Shown one piece after another: positions 58,069 to 64,000 of a stretch of DNA of 64,000 nucleotides. The stretch comes from an uncultured Legionella sp. (GTDB taxonomy: Bacteria; Pseudomonadota; Gammaproteobacteria; Legionellales; Legionellaceae): contig CAZSAO010000003.1 in NCBI GenBank assembly GCA_964605275.1, positions 27,248 to 91,247 of the forward strand, written 5' to 3'. The number at the start of each line of letters is the position of its first letter. The first letter of the stretch is position 1. Made by a program: the position numbers and the translations under genes. The notes below the pieces were generated by a model, which searched no databases, was not told the origin of the DNA, and saw nothing but the letters and a program-made list of their open reading frames with translations.

Positions 58069-58960
58069 GATCATGCATGCATGAATCCTTACACTCTTGT
58101 ACGCTGCATTCTACCTGAATAGTCACATGGCCAATGCCAAATTGTTGTTGAATTTGGCCTACCCATTGAGTCCGCAAAGTATCATTTAAAGGTTCTTCGG
58201 GCATATATAAATGCACCGATAAAGCATTTTCTTGTGTACTTAAAGCCCAGATATGTAAATCATGTACGCCCACCACTCCCGGTTGCTCGGCAAAAAATTT
58301 ATTGACCAGCGCCCAAGAAATGGATGATGGCACACCATCAATCAATAAGCGAAAACTCTGGGCAAATAAGGACCATGCTCCTTTGATAATTAATAAGGCA
58401 ATAAGTAAGCCCACAATAGGATCAATCCATAGCCAATGGGTGTAATATAAAATAATGGCAGCAACCACCACGCCCAAAGAAATTAAGGCATCATAAACTA
58501 GATGTAAAAACGCACCATGAATGTTTAAATCATGACTTCCTCGCGCGAAAAACAAAGCGGTAGAACCATTAATCACAATACCAATAGATGCGATAATAAT
58601 CACCGACAGCGCATTAATATCATTCGGATTTGCCAATTTGAATAATGCTTCTGTCGCGATAACGCCACTACTAAAGATAAGTAATGAGCCATTAAATAAC
58701 GCGGCTAAAATAGAGGCTTTCTTCATGCCATAGGTCGCATGAGGCGTGGGTTTTCGCTTCATCAGATGCAAAGCAGCCCATGCGCCCATTAAACCTAAAA
58801 CATCACCAAGATTATGCAAAGCATCTGCTAATAAGCTCGTTGAATTGGCCCAATACGCATAGATAAGTTGCAAAAAAACAAACAGACCATTCGCCGCAAT
58901 AGCAATAAAAAAAGCCTTATCATACGCTTTAGGTGCTTCATGCATGTGATGATGAACCAT
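58055..58960 (-). CDS. Cation diffusion facilitator family divalent-metal efflux transporter (CzcD/ZitB-like)
   Basis: His-rich N-terminus, TM2 LLADALHNLGD and TM5 HLVYDALISLGV metal-site motifs, and a C-terminal cytoplasmic domain. Confidence 0.9.
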   Translation of the reverse strand: MVHHHMHEAPKAYDKAFFIAIAANGLFVFLQLIYAYWANSTSLLADALHNLGDVLGLMGAWAALHLMKRKPTPHATYGMKKASILAALFNGSLLIFSSGVIATEALFKLANPNDINALSVIIIASIGIVINGSTALFFARGSHDLNIHGAFLHLVYDALISLGVVVAAIILYYTHWLWIDPIVGLLIALLIIKGAWSLFAQSFRLLIDGVPSSISWALVNKFFAEQPGVVGVHDLHIWALSTQENALSVHLYMPEEPLNDTLRTQWVGQIQQQFGIGHVTIQVECSVQECKDSCMHDPNVC

Positions 58961-58966
58961 ATATGT

Positions 58967-59623
58967 TTACTCTTCTATTGTGCCATCAGTATAATAATTA
59001 ACGCCTATTTTAATCCGATCGCGTGTTTTTTGTCGACGCCAGGCATTAGTATCACGCAGCGAGTACACACAACCACAATACTCTTGTTTATAAAACTCTT
59101 CACGTTTCGCTATTTGATACATCCGTTCGCCGCCACCATTTTTACGCCAGTTATAAGTCCAATAAGCGACGTCATCATAAGGCTTGGCTGCACGTACGCC
59201 AGAATCATTAATTTGATTCATATCTTTCCAACGTGAAATACCTAAAGAACTGCATATCATTGGAAAACCATGCTCATGAGCATATAAAGCCGTACGTTCA
59301 AAGCGCATATCAAAACACATAGTACAGCGCGCGCCTCGTTCCGGCTCCCACTCCAATCCTTTAGCTCGTTCAAACCAGTTATCTTTATCATAATCGGCAT
59401 CAATGAATGGAATGTTATGTTTGATGGCAAATCGTTTATTTTCTTCTTTTCTAATTTCATACTCTTGTACCGGATGAATATTAGGATTATAGAAAAAAAT
59501 AGTAAACTCAATTTCCGAATAAATAAGTGCTTCCATTACTTCGCCCGAGCAAGGCGCACAGCACGAATGTAATAATAATTTATTTGCCCCATCAGGTAAT
59601 TCTAAACGTTCTCTATTAATCAC
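58967..59623 (-). CDS. queH: Epoxyqueuosine reductase QueH (DUF208 family)
   Basis: [12 protein letters not shown]-terminal Cys cluster and the C-terminal [11 protein letters not shown] motif. Confidence 0.88.
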   Translation of the reverse strand: MINRERLELPDGANKLLLHSCCAPCSGEVMEALIYSEIEFTIFFYNPNIHPVQEYEIRKEENKRFAIKHNIPFIDADYDKDNWFERAKGLEWEPERGARCTMCFDMRFERTALYAHEHGFPMICSSLGISRWKDMNQINDSGVRAAKPYDDVAYWTYNWRKNGGGERMYQIAKREEFYKQEYCGCVYSLRDTNAWRRQKTRDRIKIGVNYYTDGTIEE

Positions 59624-60176
59624 TTTTTACATCCAAACAGTTAATAAAATGAGTGCGATAATATTTAAGCTCGTTAATTGAATCTTTAATATCATCTAAA
59701 GCCAAATGTTTTGATTCTTTCGTAATGCCCGCTAAAATTTCAGGTTTCCAACGTAGTGCAAGTTCTTTTAATGTACTCACATCTAAGTTACGATAATGAA
59801 AAAAAGCCGCAAGGGAGGGCATATATTTATACAAAAAGCGTCTGTCCTGGCAAATACTATTACCGCACATCGGCGATTTTCCTTTATCCAAATACTGTGC
59901 TAAAAATTTTATGGTTTCTTGCTCAGCATGCGTCTCACTAACACTGTCTTCAAGCACACGGCGCACTAGCCCTGATTGATTATGTTGTCGTGTATTCCAA
60001 GAATCCATACCGTCAAGTAATACTTGCGGTTGCGATACGGCAAAAGTAGGCCCTTGCGCCAGAATATTTAAATGCGCATCAGTTACAATTGTCGCTATTT
60101 CAATGATTCTATCATGCTCAGGATTTAGGCCGGTCATTTCTAAATCCAACCAAATTAAATTATGATTATTTTTCAT
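59616..60176 (-). CDS. orn: Oligoribonuclease
   Basis: [11 protein letters not shown] (Exo I), then [10 protein letters not shown] and the HLALDDI DEDDh motifs. It is 186 aa. Confidence 0.95.
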   Translation of the reverse strand: MKNNHNLIWLDLEMTGLNPEHDRIIEIATIVTDAHLNILAQGPTFAVSQPQVLLDGMDSWNTRQHNQSGLVRRVLEDSVSETHAEQETIKFLAQYLDKGKSPMCGNSICQDRRFLYKYMPSLAAFFHYRNLDVSTLKELALRWKPEILAGITKESKHLALDDIKDSINELKYYRTHFINCLDVKSD

Positions 60177-61395
60177 CTATATTCCAAGAGTTGATAATTA
60201 AGTTAATGCACGCTAATCGTCGTTGCTGCACTTCATTTTTTATAGCTATTCCTTGATATCCTTGTGCTATTATCGCATTAACATCCACTTTTGCGCACTC
60301 ATTTAAAATAAAATTCCAGCGCAATAGTGGTAGATATGAGTGTTTGCTAGCGGATGAATAAAGAATTTGGCAAACAATTAATAAAGAAGCACACAATTGC
60401 GGCCGACGAAATGCATCTAAGGCATCTAGCGTTGCAATGATAGTTGGAGCATCTAAAGTATCCAACTGATGCATACGATGAGCATACCGAGCGCCCATAA
60501 TAGCCAATTGCCGATATTCATTAGGAATACGTAATCGAGAACACAATGATGCGATTATTTCTATTGAGTGCTCCATATTCATTTCGCGAATAGGCCAGCA
60601 AGAGATGGGAGGTGAGGCAATACCTAAATAATACATTAACGCGGCAAAACGAATGACCGGGTCACTCGAGAAAGCACTTGCTTTTTCTAGTATTACTAAT
60701 GCATAAACACCACCATCTATGCTCTTATAATATGCAGGTGTAAAAGGGATACCAAACAACACATCGAGTTCAGGCAAAATAATACGTAACGCATCACATA
60801 CGCGTAATATTTTAAGAAATTGCACCGGACTATCTTCTTGTAAACTGCGATGCCATTCTTTCCATACGCGCTCAGCAACTAAAGCATGCAACTCGCCGCT
60901 ATGGACCATGGAATACATCAATGCACGCGTTTCATCGGCAAGACGAAATCCCAGATGATAAAAACGTGCCGCAAAACGAGCAACGCGTAATACCCTTACA
61001 GGATCTTCAATAAAAGCGGGAGAAACATGGCGTAATAACTTATTAGCTAAATCTGCTTGGCCACCATACGGATCAAAAATAACCCCTTCATTATTCATTG
61101 CCATTGCATTAATAGTCAGATCACGACGCGCTAAATCTTCTTCTAAAGTGACATCCGGACTAAAGGTGCAGGCAAAACCATGATAACCCGGTGCGGCTTT
61201 TCTCTCTGTACGTGCTAGAGCATACTCCTCTTTAGTATGCGGATGCAAAAAGACTGGAAAATCACGACCTACTTGTTTGTATTTTTTTTGCAACAGATCT
61301 TCAGGAGTTGCACCAACCACAACCCAATCTCGCTCTTTAATAGGTAAACCTAATAATTGATCTCGAACTGCTCCACCAACTAAATAAATATTCAT
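60166..61395 (-). CDS. cca: CCA-adding tRNA nucleotidyltransferase (with HD domain)
   Basis: [16 protein letters not shown]...DWVVVG...[10 protein letters not shown] is the class II nucleotidyltransferase head. It is 409 aa. Confidence 0.93.
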   Translation of the reverse strand: MNIYLVGGAVRDQLLGLPIKERDWVVVGATPEDLLQKKYKQVGRDFPVFLHPHTKEEYALARTERKAAPGYHGFACTFSPDVTLEEDLARRDLTINAMAMNNEGVIFDPYGGQADLANKLLRHVSPAFIEDPVRVLRVARFAARFYHLGFRLADETRALMYSMVHSGELHALVAERVWKEWHRSLQEDSPVQFLKILRVCDALRIILPELDVLFGIPFTPAYYKSIDGGVYALVILEKASAFSSDPVIRFAALMYYLGIASPPISCWPIREMNMEHSIEIIASLCSRLRIPNEYRQLAIMGARYAHRMHQLDTLDAPTIIATLDALDAFRRPQLCASLLIVCQILYSSASKHSYLPLLRWNFILNECAKVDVNAIIAQGYQGIAIKNEVQQRRLACINLIINSWNIDEK

Positions 61396-61515
61396 AAATT
61401 AAGCTCAACCTTATTCATGCTAATCCATTGACTTTTCGCTATCTTAGGTCAAGATCGTTATAGATTATTACCCAATATGAACGCAGCGTTCATTATTATA
61501 ATATAGAATACCAAT

Positions 61516-62481
61516 ATGAGTAAAAGACGCATTAACAAGCAACAAACAAATCGCATTGAAAAAAAACAACAAAAATATCAATTGAAAAAAGAATCCTCGG
61601 ATACTCTTTTATTTGATGGCTTGGTCCTTTCTCGTTTTAGCCGACATGTAGAAATTGAAGATGAGCAAGGGCGAAAAATACGCTGCTCCATAAGACCTAA
61701 TTTAGAGACCCTTGTTGCTGGTGATAAAGTAATATGGCAACAAGAAGGAACAAATCAAGGTGTAGTAGTAAGTATGCAACCACGTACCAGTGTTCTTGCA
61801 CGTCCAACAGAAAAAGGATTGGCTAAACCCGTTGCCGCAAACATTAGTCAGCTCATTATTGTCGTAGCACCTAAACCCGAAATAAGTTGGCCGCTACTTG
61901 ATAGCTATTTAATTATGGCAGAAATGCTCTGTTTGCCAGCGATTATCCTACTGAACAAAGTCGATTTACCCTGTGAGGCAATTAAAAATCAACTGTATAG
62001 TGATTATCAAGCATTAGGCTATCCTATAGTGATGCTAAGTCAAGATGACAACGAACGTCTTGCGCATTTTCAGCACATACTAAATGATCAACTCAGTGTC
62101 TTTGTTGGCCAATCTGGCGTAGGTAAGTCATCCATCATTTCTGCCCTCTTACCTCATGAAGAATCAATTGCCACGGGTAGTATTTCAACAATATCTGAAT
62201 TAGGCAAGCACACAACCAGCAACTCACGCTATTATCACATAACTTGTGGTGGTGCATTAATTGACTCACCTGGCGTGCGTGAGTTTAGCTTATGGAATGT
62301 AAATGCATCAGCAATAGCCAAAGGATATAAAGAATTTTCTCCTTATATTACTCAATGTAAATTTCGCAATTGTACTCATATTAACACGCCATATTGTGCG
62401 CTTATTACGGCAGTTAACGAAAATAAAATCTCAACACAGCGCTATAATAATTTTGTTAAACTATGTTCACAATATAAATAA
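61516..62481 (+). CDS. rsgA: Ribosome small-subunit biogenesis GTPase RsgA
   Basis: An OB fold, a circularly permuted GTPase (LNKVDL ... GQSGVGKSSII) and the C-terminal zinc finger CKFRNCTHINTPYC. Confidence 0.93.
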   Translation: MSKRRINKQQTNRIEKKQQKYQLKKESSDTLLFDGLVLSRFSRHVEIEDEQGRKIRCSIRPNLETLVAGDKVIWQQEGTNQGVVVSMQPRTSVLARPTEKGLAKPVAANISQLIIVVAPKPEISWPLLDSYLIMAEMLCLPAIILLNKVDLPCEAIKNQLYSDYQALGYPIVMLSQDDNERLAHFQHILNDQLSVFVGQSGVGKSSIISALLPHEESIATGSISTISELGKHTTSNSRYYHITCGGALIDSPGVREFSLWNVNASAIAKGYKEFSPYITQCKFRNCTHINTPYCALITAVNENKISTQRYNNFVKLCSQYK

Positions 62482-62586
62482 TTAAGGGTACAAAAGTATA
62501 CAAATTATGCCGGATAATTGCTGCATTCATTCGAATGAGTATGTTTTATCTTGAGAGTAAACAATTAAATTACAGCAATGTACTCT

Positions 62587-64000
62587 TTAATAAATACCTA
62601 AGGGCTCGGTGCGAGGACTTGCATCGAAGATATCATTAGTGAGATCACACGAAGTAATTTGCTCAAAATAATCTTGCAATTTAACCATAGATTCGGTGCC
62701 TATGGATTGAGCAGAGGATGCAATCTCTTTTTTATAAGTCTCAACTGATCCAATTAAAGTATCAGAATCGCTCCTGACTCTACTTAAAATGGTCTGGACC
62801 GCATTTTTATCAGCCAATGAAGAGATATTTTTTAATTGTTCTTTTATATATTCTACACAATTAGTTAAAAACAAGTCTTCATACTTTTCATAAGAGCATT
62901 TTTTTAAACATAATAATAATTCAATTCGTACCTCTACTTCTGCATTTTTAAGTAGCTCGGTTAAAATAATATTAGCTTGCAATTGTTTTGTTAGTACTGT
63001 GGCATCAGAACAACAAATATGCAGTACTTTATCCCAAACAGCGGCGATAGAAGAATTATGCTTTTTATAGTGAAACATCGCGTGAATAATTAATTCGATA
63101 GGATAGTATTTAGCATCAATTTTAGAGCATGTCTTTTTAATCACACTGCGTAACAAAGGTAACTCAGCATCAGTTTTAGATTCAAAAAACTGCGGTGAAC
63201 GAGAATTATCATTATGTGCTAGCTCATTGAATATTGCGACTATCTGCTTTTTCTCTTGATTATTAATAGCATCATTAAATTTTGCATATATTTGAGCTAC
63301 TTCGGCTGTTACTCGGCGCGTAAGATTACCTACTTTAATCAACTCCGTTCCAGGATAACGTTCATTATTAAATAAAGAAATAAGATAGCAAACGGCTTGA
63401 TTATAATCCTCATTATTTGCACGCATTTTATTAAGACTATATAACCAATCATGTACAGGTTTAAGGTAAGGCTCGATATCATAATTATTTATTTGATATA
63501 AATGAATTAATATATGAATAAAATAATGATTTTTTCCATTAAAGTTAATTTGCAAACCATACAAATAGAACAAATTAGTTTTATCATCATTAGTTAAATT
63601 AATTTTTTGCAAAAATAAATTTAACTTTTGTTTGAATTGCGAAATAGGTGCATTATCTCTTTTTAATTTATAAAATTCGTCAATGAGCAGGAAAAAATCT
63701 ACCATAATTGGCTGGGGTATTATCTGCTCAGGATTAAGCATAGGAAAAACTATTTTTTCTAAAAAATCCCACACACTAATAAAATGCTGATTATCAATTA
63801 TAAATTTACTTTTTTCCGATGGAATCTGTGCTTGTATACGATACAACTCTTTAATTGTTAATATTTTTTTGTCATTACTATTTACTTTAATAATTAAAGA
63901 CGGATGCTCCATCAAAAAGACACATAAGCTTTTTTTGTTAAATAAAGTTTTATCATCATCACCGATAAAAAAACTTGTTGTATTATTTGTCGACGCTAAG
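62587..64000 (-). CDS. Large AT-rich hypothetical protein, 5' end possibly outside the window
   Basis: The reading frame stays open from 62587 to the window edge. The first ATG is at 63912, the ORF-track start at 63915 is a TTG, and the 28 codons upstream contain no stop. I recognise no family, and there is no TM helix or signal peptide. Confidence 0.55.
   Translation of the reverse strand, partial: LASTNNTTSFFIGDDDKTLFNKKSLCVFLMEHPSLIIKVNSNDKKILTIKELYRIQAQIPSEKSKFIIDNQHFISVWDFLEKIVFPMLNPEQIIPQPIMVDFFLLIDEFYKLKRDNAPISQFKQKLNLFLQKINLTNDDKTNLFYLYGLQINFNGKNHYFIHILIHLYQINNYDIEPYLKPVHDWLYSLNKMRANNEDYNQAVCYLISLFNNERYPGTELIKVGNLTRRVTAEVAQIYAKFNDAINNQEKKQIVAIFNELAHNDNSRSPQFFESKTDAELPLLRSVIKKTCSKIDAKYYPIELIIHAMFHYKKHNSSIAAVWDKVLHICCSDATVLTKQLQANIILTELLKNAEVEVRIELLLCLKKCSYEKYEDLFLTNCVEYIKEQLKNISSLADKNAVQTILSRVRSDSDTLIGSVETYKKEIASSAQSIGTESMVKLQDYFEQITSCDLTNDIFDASPRTEPLGIY

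Overview
This is a 64-kb chromosomal window from a low-GC gammaproteobacterium. Gene content and order look Legionellales-like, but that is inference from the sequence only and is not verified. I call about 65 protein genes and 2 tRNAs (Gln-UUG, Val-GAC). I saw no rRNA, CRISPR array, integrase, transposase or prophage. Most of the window is housekeeping, often in classical gammaproteobacterial order: obg-rpmA-rplU, rplY-pth-ychF, coaD, lolB, prs, queF, mutM, plsC, nnr-tsaE-amiB-mutL-miaA, sspAB, rplM-rpsI, thrS-infC-rpmI-rplT-pheST-ihfA, cytochrome c5-dsbB-tgt-ppiB, hemCDXY, and cca-orn-queH-CDF transporter, rsgA. Parts worth a second look: (1) a translationally coupled operon of papain-like peptidase, RLAN/ATP-grasp ligase, GCS2 ligase and FGase hydrolase, with a divergent Ntn glutamine amidotransferase and an adjacent GGT (5.9-12.7 kb). 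It looks like an orphan amidoligase system with no known product. (2) A GIY-YIG nuclease gene bracketed by inverted 33-nt hairpin repeats that show compensatory base changes, followed by a gene-less MITE-like derivative (4.8-5.8 kb). (3) Two further palindromic MITE-like insertions at 33.1-33.4 kb and 37.4-37.9 kb. (4) An orphan consensus sigma70 promoter plus intrinsic terminator unit, a candidate ~150-nt sRNA or 38-aa peptide, next to an XRE / unknown protein / MFS operon (46.7-49.3 kb). (5) A four-gene HK-REC-HK-REC/GGDEF relay (15.3-19.2 kb) and a separate membrane GGDEF protein with an AGDEF active-site variant. (6) Three AT-rich orphan ORFs with acidic or repeat-containing tails that could be secreted effectors (25.1, 53.2, 62.6 kb). 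All functional calls come from reading the supplied translations and the DNA by eye. No database search was run.
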